Shown piece after piece: positions 31,732 to 41,194 of a stretch of DNA of 64,000 nt. How positions within the stretch are numbered: the stretch's first letter is position 1; each line of letters opens with the position of its first letter. The translations under genes were made by a program, and so were the position numbers. The stretch spans positions 45-64,044 of the forward strand of contig JAUXOC010000100.1 in NCBI GenBank assembly GCA_030682495.1, given 5' to 3'. Below the pieces are notes generated by a model. It had not been told where the DNA came from. It ran no database searches and worked only from the letters and a program-made list of their open reading frames with translations. This stretch comes from Alphaproteobacteria bacterium (GTDB lineage Bacteria; Pseudomonadota; Alphaproteobacteria; Micavibrionales; UBA2020).

Positions 31732-32502
31732 TTATTTACGGCGCGCCAGAATTTCCATGCTGGGCTTCAGGTTGAAATAGATTTTCACCACCTCGAACCC
31801 GTGTTTTTCCAGCAAAATGCGGATATTTTTACGGCTGAAATATTGCGTGTATTCCGGCGGGTTCGGCCAGGTTTCAGGCTTCTCGCCATGCAGCCAGTGG
31901 CGGCGATCCGGCGTCTTGAGAAAGAAATATCCGCCCGATTTGACCAGCTGCGCCCAGCCTGCGACGAAGGCGTTAAAATCACCGACATGTTCGATCACTT
32001 GCGACGAATGACCAAAATCAAAAGTCAAACCGCGCTTGATAAAAGCATCCAGTGTTTCGCAGTAATAAGTCGCCTTGGGGTCGTGATTTTTGCGGGCGAA
32101 TTCCATGGCTTCCGGATCAAGGTCGATGCCAAAGGCACGCTTGGCCCCTGCTTTTTGCATCGCATCGACCATATAACCGCCGCCGCAACCGATATCCACG
32201 GCGTCCTTGCCTTCAAAATATTTCTTGAAGCGTCCGGCACGCACGCGCGCGCGCTTCCGGCGATGATCGACTTTGTTGTAGGGATAGCGCAGCGCATCTT
32301 TCGGCGCGCCCTGCTGGTTATACAGCGGCGCAAGTTCTTCGTGCGCGGGAACGGGATGAATGAAGTTGAGCTCGCATTCAGGGCATTTCAGAAACGTGTA
32401 GTTATTCTTTTCGACAAAAAAGCGCGTCTTCTCATGGCCGCATACGGGGCATGGGCGGGTTGCCGTTTGTGTTTCTGCGGCGGGTGCGGCCATCGTGTTC
32501 AT
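31732..32502 (-). CDS. class I SAM-dependent methyltransferase with an N-terminal zinc ribbon
   Basis: CPVCGHE...CPECE followed by VDIGCGGGYMV (motif I) and IEHV. Confidence 0.85.
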   Translation of the reverse strand: MNTMAAPAAETQTATRPCPVCGHEKTRFFVEKNNYTFLKCPECELNFIHPVPAHEELAPLYNQQGAPKDALRYPYNKVDHRRKRARVRAGRFKKYFEGKDAVDIGCGGGYMVDAMQKAGAKRAFGIDLDPEAMEFARKNHDPKATYYCETLDAFIKRGLTFDFGHSSQVIEHVGDFNAFVAGWAQLVKSGGYFFLKTPDRRHWLHGEKPETWPNPPEYTQYFSRKNIRILLEKHGFEVVKIYFNLKPSMEILARRK

Positions 32503-32736
32503 CTTATTCTCCTGTGTTCTGTGCTGTTGTAGTCAGACGGTGCCGCGCTGTCAAGCCGCCGCCCCGAACAGGCGCGCCTTAAATTCAGGCAGATAAATCA
32601 ATGCCTTGATGGCGTCTCCAAAAATCAAGAAAGGCTGCCGCTTTCTTGGGCTGTTCCAATATGCGGCGCGCGATATAGGCGGCCAGCTGGTCTGACACAT
32701 CCTCGGCCGAGCAGCCGAGCTCTGTTTTCAGCGCCT

Positions 32737-33600
32737 TCAGCACGGCCGCCGCAATCCCGCCACGGTGCGCCGGATATTTAAGAGCGGCAGGCGCAGCAGA
32801 TCAAGGACAATGGCGCCTTCGAAACTGCGGTCCCAGTCCAGTAAATAAAACTTATCTGCGCCAATACACATATTCGAGGGCAGCAAATCACCATGGCACA
32901 GGCTGACCGGAATATCGGTATCGCGGCTGAAGGCTTTTTCGACCGCTGCCAGCAAGGCCGCATCCACACGCGGCACCTCGCGCAGCCGCGTCAGCAGCGA
33001 AGGTTCAAAATGCGCCGACAGTGGCGCGCTGCGGATGCCGAATTTTTTATATGTCGCCAGCATTTGCGGCAAGCCCTGCGTGATATAGGCTTGCGTATCG
33101 CGGCCGATTGAAAAGCGTCGCCCGATGATAATTTCCTCGATCAGATAGATAAAACCGGCGCGTTCGAAACTGCTGGAAATTTGCGGGATATGCGCTGTTC
33201 CCATTTTTGCAAGAACGGTGCGCAATTCAAGTTCCTGCCGCATACGGATGCCCGTCGCACCGTCGGCCTGCACGATTTTGAGACAATTCCCCTGACTGCC
33301 TCCGTCACGCGCGGGCAGGTAAAAGGCACGAATGCGCGTCATATCGTGTTTAATCTGGATCGCCGCGGCATGCGATGCAATCGCCATCTTTTTGCCCAGA
33401 AACCCGCCGAGCATGCTGCGCAGGCAATCGGCATGGCTGTAGCCGGGTACGCGCCCCTGCAGCCAAAAATCGCGCACCAGCCACGGATTTCGAAACGCGA
33501 AAACCTGCGGCCGGGGGGCAGAGCCGCCCTCGCTTTTTTCGTATTCTTCCAGCGCTTTGATAATGGGATGCGGTGTCACATTCGGTATCCGTCTAAACAA
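32737..33600 (-). CDS. APH/choline-kinase-like phosphotransferase, 3' end apparently frameshifted
   Basis: Brenner-type motif LCHGDLLPSNM and YLLDWD. The ORF stops soon after, but another frame stays open and coding-like down to 32585 (see finding). Confidence 0.7.
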   Translation of the reverse strand: MFRRIPNVTPHPIIKALEEYEKSEGGSAPRPQVFAFRNPWLVRDFWLQGRVPGYSHADCLRSMLGGFLGKKMAIASHAAAIQIKHDMTRIRAFYLPARDGGSQGNCLKIVQADGATGIRMRQELELRTVLAKMGTAHIPQISSSFERAGFIYLIEEIIIGRRFSIGRDTQAYITQGLPQMLATYKKFGIRSAPLSAHFEPSLLTRLREVPRVDAALLAAVEKAFSRDTDIPVSLCHGDLLPSNMCIGADKFYLLDWDRSFEGAIVLDLLRLPLLNIRRTVAGLRRPC

Positions 33601-33604
33601 GGGC

Positions 33605-33811
33605 TCAATAATGCGGCGGTTTTTCGCTCGCGCCAGACAGGCGGCCGGCGGTTTCGCTTACGACGTCGATTTCGTTTTGCATGTTGCGGATGTGCTTTTT
33701 AAGCAAGTCAATCTCACTCCATTGCTGCACGACCATTTTGCTGAGCTCGCTGATTTGCTGTTCCTGATGCATCAGGATTTGCTGTATCTGGGTAATGATT
33801 TCGCCTGACAT
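33605..33811 (-). CDS. slyX: SlyX family protein
   Basis: 68 aa coiled coil ending ...EKPPHY, the typical SlyX C-terminus. Confidence 0.75.
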   Translation of the reverse strand: MSGEIITQIQQILMHQEQQISELSKMVVQQWSEIDLLKKHIRNMQNEIDVVSETAGRLSGASEKPPHY

Positions 33812-33958
33812 GTTGAACCTGCACACATAAAAACATCGAAACGACTTTTAAAATAGCACAGCCCCAACGCCGCTGACAATGCGGGCGCAACAGGCTTGAC
33901 AGACCGCGCGCACAACAGCGAAAATCGTCTGTACGCCCCGCAGCTCAGGAGAAAAGCC

Positions 33959-34477
33959 TTGAACGTTTTCGAAAAAGTCGATTTGGCGATTAAAACCCTC
34001 CAAAACGCCGAGGAAAAGACGACCTTTGCGCCGCCCGCCTCGAACGAAGAGCTGGCACGCCTGAACGCACTGCTTGCCGAAGCGAAACTGCCGGAATTAC
34101 CCGCCGATTTCATGTATCTGCTCAGCAAATGCGGTGCCTGCAAAGGCCCCTATTTCAATATATACGGAACGGAAGGCCTGCAAGGCGCGGGCAAGCCGGA
34201 TGATGTCTTGATGATTGCCTATTCCATCGACATTAACCGCGACGAAGATGACGACGACCCGAAGGGACTAGACCTTGGCGACATACCCGGGCTGCAACCT
34301 TACGGCATGCGTTATCAACTCGCCTATAAAAACGGAGTCTATCATCACCTTGAAGACGATAGGGGCGTTCTGTCTTATTTCAACGGGCCGGACAACATCG
34401 GCGATTTCATCATGAAGGAAATAAAAAGCGCCGAAGCCGGCAGACTCCGCGCAGAGGTAGAAAAACACGAAAGCTAA
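33959..34477 (+). CDS. SUKH/SMI1-KNR4-like protein, paralog of 31238..31717 (orphan)
   Basis: Start proposed at TTG 33959 (AGGAGA 6 nt upstream), in frame with track ORF 33896. ELPADFMYLLSKCG...GPYFNIYG and ...GVYHHLEDD...NIGDFIMKEI align with the other copy. Confidence 0.5.
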   Translation: MNVFEKVDLAIKTLQNAEEKTTFAPPASNEELARLNALLAEAKLPELPADFMYLLSKCGACKGPYFNIYGTEGLQGAGKPDDVLMIAYSIDINRDEDDDDPKGLDLGDIPGLQPYGMRYQLAYKNGVYHHLEDDRGVLSYFNGPDNIGDFIMKEIKSAEAGRLRAEVEKHES

Positions 34478-34568
34478 GAAAAGCTTGAACACGCGCACAA
34501 CAAGAGGGCTTAAGAACCCGAAGGAGCCTGTCTTAAACTTCTGTCTCACTGGCTTTTGAGGAAAAAAA

Positions 34569-34645
34569 TGGTCGGACTGAGAGGATTTGAACCTCCGACC
34601 CCTTGCACCCCATGCAAGTGCGCTACCAGGCTGCGCTACAGTCCG
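34569..34645 (-). tRNA. tRNA-Pro (anticodon GGG)
   Basis: Hand fold of the reverse complement: acceptor CGGACTG/CAGTCCG, anticodon stem CTTGC/GCAAG with loop ATGGGGT, T-loop GGTTCAAAT, encoded CCA. Confidence 0.95.
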
Positions 34646-34732
34646 ACATTTTGTATTTGCATACGGGCGGGAATATAACAGCCTGCCCATAAGAATGTAA
34701 AGCACCGTATGCGGATTTCGGGCTTTTTGTGT

Positions 34733-34770
34733 CTAAAAAAGCGCCGGGCTGCAAACCCGGCGCTTTTTTA
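34733..34770. terminator. bidirectional rho-independent terminator
   Basis: aaaaaa-gcgccggg-ctgcaaa-cccggcgc-tttttt, 35 nt downstream of the serpin stop. Confidence 0.75.
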
Positions 34771-34804
34771 TCGCATTGATTTTTAAGACTTAAACGCCAC
34801 CGTC

Positions 34805-36103
34805 TCAGCGGGCAGGTTTTGACGCCTTGCTTTTCTTCTCCTGCACGGCCTGCGGCTGCATATCGCCGTTCGGCTTGTTGACCGCGCCGATGAACAGCAC
34901 AGCCCCCGTCTCTACGTCCTGCAGCGCGAAGACGAAGGAGCGGTCGAGCTTGATGTCCATACGCGGCGGCGGCATCTGGATGCTGGTCGCGCGCACCATG
35001 CCGACAACGGTGACGGCGGCGGCTTCGCTGCCCTCTTCGTCGGTTTTGAAGACGGTGTCATGGCTGATCTTGCCGATGAAAAGCTTGTTGCCATCTTGCT
35101 GCGCCATTTTGGTGAAATCCGCACCGCGCTTGTTGAAAGCTTCCTTGACGCCCATGTCTTTCATCGCGGGGATCAGATCAAAGTTTTGCTTGATATCCAG
35201 ACGCGGCAGCTCGACCGAGCCCACGCCGGAACGGAAAGCATCGGCATCGAGCCATGCGGGGATCTTACCGCCAGCCTGTGACGCCAGCCAGTCGCGCGCG
35301 GAGACCGTCTCGTCAGACGGACGGACAAGAACGATGCGCATTGTGGGATGTTTGCCTTCTTTCGCGTTTTTCTCGCCATAGGTGAGAGAAACGGCTTCGT
35401 AATCATCCCCCACATTAAAAGAAAGATCGCCGCGGCGGTCAAAATCCTGATGCATGGTCGGCGTTTGCGCGACCTTGCCGCCGTCTTGGACGTAATCTTT
35501 TTTCTCGGTCAGAGATTTATCGAATTTATGCGTCCACTGGCCTTTGAAGTAAAGGGCGGAGGCGAGAATGGCCGCATCGTCTTCTTTCAGCTCTTCCAGA
35601 ACTTTCGGGATCAGGCCATTGGTGTTATCGGCGGCCCATTTGTTGATCTTGTCGACGGTTTTTGTATCGCCGAAATTCTCGGCGCTGATCTCTGCATCAA
35701 ACGTGCCTTTCATGTCGCCCGCAAAATCATCGCGTAGCGTGACAATATCCTGATTGACCCAGATGCCGTTGGCGGTGGTCAGTTCTACCTGCCCTTTGTT
35801 GGCTTGCAGAACCTCTTTGTTCAGCGCCGCGTAATCGCCTGCCGCCGCGTCGAGGTCTTTGCCCGCCGCGCCAAAAAGCGCTTGCGCCAGTTCTTCGCGC
35901 GTCTTGCCGTCCGCGCCCTTGGCCGCCATAGAGATTGCCGACATCGCGTTATAGGGAGCGATCACAAGGTTGTCGGATTTGTCCTGCTGGTGACGCCCCA
36001 CCGCTTCGGCAAAGGCCAGCGTCAGACGGATGACATTTTGCACTTCCGGCTTATACTGCTTGCCATATTCTATTTCTGTGTTTTCGGGTTTGCTGCGGGC
36101 CAT
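34805..36103 (-). CDS. serpin family protein (432 aa, no signal peptide)
   Basis: Start at ATG 36103 (AGGAGG 8 nt upstream). NLVIAPYNAMSAISMAAKGADGKT, inhibitory-type hinge EEGSEAAAVT, C-terminal LDRSFVFALQD..GAVLFIGAVNKP. Confidence 0.85.
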   Translation of the reverse strand: MARSKPENTEIEYGKQYKPEVQNVIRLTLAFAEAVGRHQQDKSDNLVIAPYNAMSAISMAAKGADGKTREELAQALFGAAGKDLDAAAGDYAALNKEVLQANKGQVELTTANGIWVNQDIVTLRDDFAGDMKGTFDAEISAENFGDTKTVDKINKWAADNTNGLIPKVLEELKEDDAAILASALYFKGQWTHKFDKSLTEKKDYVQDGGKVAQTPTMHQDFDRRGDLSFNVGDDYEAVSLTYGEKNAKEGKHPTMRIVLVRPSDETVSARDWLASQAGGKIPAWLDADAFRSGVGSVELPRLDIKQNFDLIPAMKDMGVKEAFNKRGADFTKMAQQDGNKLFIGKISHDTVFKTDEEGSEAAAVTVVGMVRATSIQMPPPRMDIKLDRSFVFALQDVETGAVLFIGAVNKPNGDMQPQAVQEKKSKASKPAR

Positions 36104-36226
36104 CGTTTGATGCCTCCTGTCATAAATTGAAAAATGTCGAAATGATGCACATGGGGTAACACGGCAGCCCCCTGCCGTCAACGCGCCTGACAGGCCGTTA
36201 TTCTTGAACATCTGTAAAAGACAATA

Positions 36227-36260
36227 AAAAACGCCGGGGTTCGATCCCGGCGCTTTTTAT
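36227..36260 (-). terminator. rho-independent terminator after the merR-family gene
   Basis: The minus strand reads gcgccggg-atcgaa-ccccggcg-tttttt. Confidence 0.7.
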
Positions 36261-36277
36261 TGTGCGGAGATTAAAAC

Positions 36278-36796
36278 CTAGTCGATGAGCTTGCGCATGG
36301 CGCGCAGGTCGTCGAGCATGGATTTCAACTCGTCTTTGTTCTTTTCAACGGCGCGCGCCATCGGGGTTTCGCTCTGCGGTTCGGCGGCCAGAACATCCGG
36401 CCCTTCCTGTACGCGCGCACTGAGGTTGCCGCGCGTCGCGCTGAGGAGTTTTTGCACCCCTTTGATCGTATAGCCTTCGCTATAGAGCAGATGGTGGATG
36501 TTTTTCAAAAGCTCGACATCTTCGGGGCGGTAATAACGGCGACCGCCGCCACGTTTCAGCGGCTTGATCTGTGCGAATTTCGTTTCCCAGAACCGCAGAA
36601 CGTGTTGTTCAACGCTCAGCTCACCCGCGACTTCGCTGATGGTGCGGAAAGCGCCGGCGGATTTCTGCGCCCCGCCCTTCGCCTTCAGCGCACGGCGGCC
36701 GGGGATATTCTGTGTTTCTTGCGGCTGGGGGCGGGTTTGCGAGACGTCTTCCGTCTGCATGCCGCCTTTGGCATTCGGATTATTGGCAGTGGTCAT
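36278..36796 (-). CDS. MerR family transcriptional regulator
   Basis: [42 protein letters not shown]; adjacent to ihfA as is common in alphaproteobacteria. Confidence 0.85.
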   Translation of the reverse strand: MTTANNPNAKGGMQTEDVSQTRPQPQETQNIPGRRALKAKGGAQKSAGAFRTISEVAGELSVEQHVLRFWETKFAQIKPLKRGGGRRYYRPEDVELLKNIHHLLYSEGYTIKGVQKLLSATRGNLSARVQEGPDVLAAEPQSETPMARAVEKNKDELKSMLDDLRAMRKLID

Positions 36797-36869
36797 TATC
36801 TATAGTCCTTAAATACTGTTTGCTTCGATGATTGTATTAAGGGTCGCTCTTGGCTTTACCGAAAAATCT

Positions 36870-37196
36870 TTATTCGGCTGCGCCGGACGAGTCGCTGGTG
36901 CCTGTGTTATTGATGCGCTCTTTAAGGACGTTACTGGCGCGGAAGGTCAACACGCGACGCGGCAGGATAGGCACTTCTTCCCCGGTCTTGGGGTTGCGGC
37001 CGATCCGTTGACGCTTGGAGCGTACCTGAAAGGTACCGAAGGAAGAGATTTTCACCATCTCCCCGCGTTCCAGCGCCTTGCAGACTTCTTCCAGCACCGT
37101 TTCCACCAACTCGGCGGATTCGTTGCGGGACAGGCCGACTTGTTCGTAAACAGCCTGGCTCAGGTCTGCGCGGGTAATGGTTTGATTGTTGGTCAT
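36870..37196 (-). CDS. ihfA: integration host factor subunit alpha
   Basis: [32 protein letters not shown]...[25 protein letters not shown]. Confidence 0.93.
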   Translation of the reverse strand: MTNNQTITRADLSQAVYEQVGLSRNESAELVETVLEEVCKALERGEMVKISSFGTFQVRSKRQRIGRNPKTGEEVPILPRRVLTFRASNVLKERINNTGTSDSSGAAE

Positions 37197-37346
37197 GAAT
37201 ACACCTCGCTCTTGGTGAGTCTCACGGTAATGATTCACATTTCATTAGTCAATACAAAGAGTTGAAGCTATCAGTTAGAGTAAATAAATCGCCCAAAAAC
37301 GCGCCCATTAAAGGGTTTGGGCGGAGTCGCGCAAAGCGCGGCAAAA

Positions 37347-38324
37347 TCACCAGCGTGCCAGTGCCGCACCCCATGTCAGACCGCCGCCCATGGCTTCCAT
37401 GAGAATCAGATCACCACGGCGGATTCGCCCGTCTTCCACCGCCACCGAAAGCGCGAGCGGGATAGAGGCGGCGGAGGTATTGCCGTGTTCTTCGACCGTG
37501 ACGACAACTTTATTGGCAGGCAGGTTCAGTTTTTCTGCCGTGGCGTCGATAATGCGGCGGTTGGCCTGATGCGGCACCAGCCAGTCGACTTCTTCGGGCG
37601 TCACACCGCTCGCCTGCATCGCTTCGACAATCGCCTCGCTCATACGGGTGACGGCATTGCGGAAAACCTCTTTGCCGTTCATGCGCACATGGCCGACCGT
37701 GCGGGTGCTCGACGGCCCGCCATCGACATACAGCAGGTCGCGTTTGGCGCCTTCGGAATGCAGATGCGTGGTCAGGATACCGCGGTCGGTTTTGTCGCCC
37801 TTGCCTTCGGCGGCTTCGAGAATGACAGCCCCTGCGCCATCGCCGAACAGCACACAGGTCGTGCGGTCATCCCAATCCAGCAGACGCGTGAAATGCTCTG
37901 CGCCGATCACGAGCGCGCGATTAATCTGTCCGGATTTGATGAAGTTATCTGCGGTTGATAAAGCATAGATAAAGCCGGAGCAAACGGCCTGAATGTCAAA
38001 GGCAAAACCGCGGTCGCCCATGCCGATGTTATCCTGCACCGTCACGGCAGTTGCCGGAAAGGTCTGGTCGGGCGTGGTTGTCGCCAAAAAGATCGCATCG
38101 ATATCGGCACCGGTCAGACCGGCGGCTTTTAGGGCCTTTTCAGCGGCGCGCGTGGCCATATCGGAGGTCTTTTCCCCCTCCCCCGCCACGTGGCGCTTGC
38201 GAATGCCGGTGCGCTGCGTGATCCACTCATCTGTGGTATCAACAATTTTGGCAAGATCGTTGTTTGTCAAAAATTTTTCCGGCAGATACGAGCCGCAGGA
38301 GAGCATCACGGAGCGGCGCATCAT
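37347..38324 (-). CDS. fabH: beta-ketoacyl-ACP synthase III
   Basis: [15 protein letters not shown] (active-site Cys), [17 protein letters not shown]. Confidence 0.95.
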   Translation of the reverse strand: MMRRSVMLSCGSYLPEKFLTNNDLAKIVDTTDEWITQRTGIRKRHVAGEGEKTSDMATRAAEKALKAAGLTGADIDAIFLATTTPDQTFPATAVTVQDNIGMGDRGFAFDIQAVCSGFIYALSTADNFIKSGQINRALVIGAEHFTRLLDWDDRTTCVLFGDGAGAVILEAAEGKGDKTDRGILTTHLHSEGAKRDLLYVDGGPSSTRTVGHVRMNGKEVFRNAVTRMSEAIVEAMQASGVTPEEVDWLVPHQANRRIIDATAEKLNLPANKVVVTVEEHGNTSAASIPLALSVAVEDGRIRRGDLILMEAMGGGLTWGAALARW

Positions 38325-39484
38325 CCCTCCTCTCCCGCCAGACGTGCGGGCGCGGCGGCAGGACGCAGTGCTTCGGCGCCGAGACGCTGAAGTTCTGCTT
38401 CAACTTTTTGGTTGAACTTCTTGGCGGCAAGCCCTGCTGCAACGCCGATGGCATTGGCAAAACCAACGCCGTCTGTGCCGCCATGACTTTTGATGCAAAG
38501 CCCCTTGAGGCCGAGCAAACTGGCGCCGTTGTAATAACGCGGGTCGATGCGCTTGGAAACATTTTTCATCGGACGGTAGCACAGCAAGAGCCCCGGCAGC
38601 GCGAGCAGCAGGCCCACCTTCACCAGCCAAGACGATTGCAGCGCTTCTTTAATCATATACTTGATAAGCTTGGCCGTGCCTTCGATGGCCTTGAGCGTGA
38701 CATTACCGGTAAAGCCATCTGTTACAACAACATCAAAAGCGCCTGTGCTGATATCATCGCCCTCGGCAAAACCTTTGTACGTGCCGGGCAGTTTGGCCTT
38801 GGCGAAAAGCTCGGCGCTTTCTTTGACCAGTTCACTGCCCTTCATGGCTTCGGAGCCGATGTTGAGAATACCGATATTCGGCTGGGCAACGCCCAAGATC
38901 TCACGCGAAAAAACCGCGCCAAGCACTGCAAATTCCAAAAGATTATTGGGGTCACATTCCGCATTCGCGCCGAGGTCGAGCAGCACCGTGCCGCGGCCTT
39001 CGATGCGCGTCGGCATATAAGTTGCAATCGCAGGGCGATCAATGCCGGGCATGACTTTGAGGCTGAATTTCGCCATCGCCATCAAAGCGCCGGTATTGCC
39101 GGCGGAAACCACGCAGTCGGCCTCCCCCTTCGCCACGGCGTCTATCGCGAGGCGCATGCTGGAATTGCGCCCCGTGCGCAGAACCTGCGCGGGCTTGTCT
39201 TCGGCAGTAACACGGTCGGGGGTATGGCGGATTTCCATGACATCGGCAAGGCCTGGGTATTGCGACAGCAGAGGCGCAATCTGCGCCTCGTCACCAAAAA
39301 TCAGGAAGCGCGCGGACGGAAACTGTCTGCGCGCAAGATGCGCCCCTTCCACAACGATAGCGGGGGCGTGATCGCCCCCCATACCGTCGAGAGAAATGAC
39401 GAGGTTATGTTGTTGCTGATGCAAAACCGGCCTCTGATATCGTTCCGCCGCGGGAGATGCGGCACGCGCGCGGATGGAAACCAT
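38321..39484 (-). CDS. plsX: phosphate acyltransferase PlsX
   Basis: [23 protein letters not shown] motifs; 4-nt overlap with fabH. The N-terminus may be shorter than the track start. Confidence 0.93.
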   Translation of the reverse strand: MVSIRARAASPAAERYQRPVLHQQQHNLVISLDGMGGDHAPAIVVEGAHLARRQFPSARFLIFGDEAQIAPLLSQYPGLADVMEIRHTPDRVTAEDKPAQVLRTGRNSSMRLAIDAVAKGEADCVVSAGNTGALMAMAKFSLKVMPGIDRPAIATYMPTRIEGRGTVLLDLGANAECDPNNLLEFAVLGAVFSREILGVAQPNIGILNIGSEAMKGSELVKESAELFAKAKLPGTYKGFAEGDDISTGAFDVVVTDGFTGNVTLKAIEGTAKLIKYMIKEALQSSWLVKVGLLLALPGLLLCYRPMKNVSKRIDPRYYNGASLLGLKGLCIKSHGGTDGVGFANAIGVAAGLAAKKFNQKVEAELQRLGAEALRPAAAPARLAGEEG

Positions 39485-39499
39485 ACCGCGCCGCGTCGA

Positions 39500-39676
39500 T
39501 TAATCGATATCGATGACTTGTTCGCCTTTGTACATGCCGGTCTTCAGGCAGACGTGGTGCGGGCGAACCATTTCGCCGGTTTTTTTGTCTTCCACTGCCG
39601 CCTCGGGGCTCAGCGCGTGATGCGAACGACGCATGTTGCGGCGGGATTTGGACGTTTTCTTCTTGGGAACAGCCAT
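39500..39676 (-). CDS. rpmF: 50S ribosomal protein L32 (58 aa, below the ORF-track cutoff)
   Basis: Hand translation gives [58 protein letters not shown]; upstream of plsX. Confidence 0.9.
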   Translation of the reverse strand: MAVPKKKTSKSRRNMRRSHHALSPEAAVEDKKTGEMVRPHHVCLKTGMYKGEQVIDID

Positions 39677-39875
39677 GGCTTGTTACTCTTTCTAAGTTTG
39701 TATCCTGAATGCTTGCGCTTTTCTCGCAAAGGCCGCAGAAACCGCTGCGATGCCGTAGGGGTCATTACATAACGAAAAAGCCCCGATGGCGCAAGAAAAA
39801 TCGGCCTGATTCATACCCTTTCTGGGGGATTTTACAAGGGAAAAAGCCGCCATTTCTCCTGCGCAATAACTGATT

Positions 39876-40436
39876 TTACTCGCCTTTTTGGCTTTTATCG
39901 CCTTTCAGAGCCTCAAGCACCTGAAAAGGATTGGCTTTTTTGGCTGTACCCGTTTCATGGAGCTGGGCGGCAAGGTTAACGCCGGGCGCGCGCGGATAAG
40001 GGTCCAGCTCGAGCGCGAGGTACTGCGCCACCACTTCGCCCATGTCGATCATGCCGTTATGCACCATTTCGGCAGCATCCAGATCATCGTCGAGGGTAAA
40101 GGCGATTTCCTCGCGCGCCTGTTCGGCGTCCTCTGTGAAATAAGTGTCGAACTGGCCGTCGATATGCCCGTGGACATCCTGAAGGGAAACCACGCAGGCC
40201 TGCACCACGTCGGCGCTGAACGTGCCCTCAATCCGAACCGTGCCCCCGGGAACGCGGCGGATCGACAGATCAGCTGAAAAATCCCTCAGGCTGCGGATGC
40301 CGAAACGCGTGGCCAAAGCCGCACATTCCTCTTCGCAGGCAGAGAGGGATTCCCTGCGCTTTTTGTCCGGCGCGATGCCTTCGATGGCAATCACACGGGA
40401 AAATTCGGGTTTGGGTGTTTGAGTTTGTACTGTCAT
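39876..40436 (-). CDS. yceD: YceD/DUF177 family protein
   Basis: 186 aa acidic protein upstream of rpmF-plsX; the conserved yceD-rpmF arrangement. Confidence 0.8.
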   Translation of the reverse strand: MTVQTQTPKPEFSRVIAIEGIAPDKKRRESLSACEEECAALATRFGIRSLRDFSADLSIRRVPGGTVRIEGTFSADVVQACVVSLQDVHGHIDGQFDTYFTEDAEQAREEIAFTLDDDLDAAEMVHNGMIDMGEVVAQYLALELDPYPRAPGVNLAAQLHETGTAKKANPFQVLEALKGDKSQKGE

Positions 40437-40608
40437 GACGCTGGCCGTTTTCTATAACTTTATCAAAGCCCGTGTTTTTACATCATTTCAGGATAAAAAC
40501 AAAGCGATTTCCTTATTCCCATCCCCTATTATGTTGCCTGACGTCAGGCGAATGCGTATAAAATCTACGCTTCGGGCTGTGATCGCCCTGCCTTTTACCG
40601 AGGGTTTC

Positions 40609-41091
40609 ATGAAACTGACACCGATCAAAAAAACCGTTCTGCTGGCCGGCGCCGCCCTTTTGGCCGCTCAGGTCGCCGCCTGCACGCCCCGCGTTGCAAC
40701 CCGTGGCAATCTTCTGTCGCAAAGCCAGATCGCTTCGCTGGAGCCGGAAAGTGCCCTGCGCGCTGATGTGCAGCGCGTCTGGGGGCCACCTTCGGCCGTT
40801 TCGCCGTTTGACGACAAGACATGGTATTACATCGGAGAGGTCACCTCGCAAAAAGGCATCTTCGCACCCGAGGTAGAGCAGCGTCAGGTTGTCAAAGTCA
40901 CCTTTAACGAAGAAGAAGCCGTGACGGAAATCGCCATGCTTGACCCCGCGCAGGCGCAAAAGATCGACTACGTTGCCCGCCGCACCCCGACGGCCGGACG
41001 CGAATTTACCGCCTTCCAGCAATTCGTCGGCAACCTTGGCCGTTTCAACCAGAACATTCAAAGCAAGCCGGGCGCAAACATTCCCAAATAA
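40609..41091 (+). CDS. bamE: outer membrane protein assembly factor BamE (SmpA/OmlA)
   Basis: Start at ATG 40609 (GAGGG upstream). Lipobox AAQVAAC. VQRVWGPPSAVSPFDDKTWYYI typical BamE core. Confidence 0.85.
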   Translation: MKLTPIKKTVLLAGAALLAAQVAACTPRVATRGNLLSQSQIASLEPESALRADVQRVWGPPSAVSPFDDKTWYYIGEVTSQKGIFAPEVEQRQVVKVTFNEEEAVTEIAMLDPAQAQKIDYVARRTPTAGREFTAFQQFVGNLGRFNQNIQSKPGANIPK

Positions 41092-41130
41092 CTTTCCTGT
41101 TATCTTTTTTACGCAGGATAGACCGGCAAC

Positions 41131-41166
41131 AAAAAACCCCCTTCGCAAGCGAAGGGGGTTTTTGTT
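41131..41166. terminator. bidirectional rho-independent terminator
   Basis: aaaaaa-cccccttcg-caag-cgaaggggg-tttttgtttt lies between convergent bamE and hppA. Confidence 0.75.
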
Positions 41167-41194
41167 TTACCGCCTTTCGGCAGCGGGTAGGTTT

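Noticed and set aside
25319-34568. Integrative island with recognisable att sites at tRNA-Pro
   Set aside because: No integrase, recombinase or transposase gene is present, and I found no repeat of the tRNA-Pro 3' end by eye. It is reported only as a mosaic accessory block.
34268-34705. 145-aa minus-strand ORF
   Set aside because: It runs through tRNA-Pro and antisense to the SUKH-like gene, so it is spurious.
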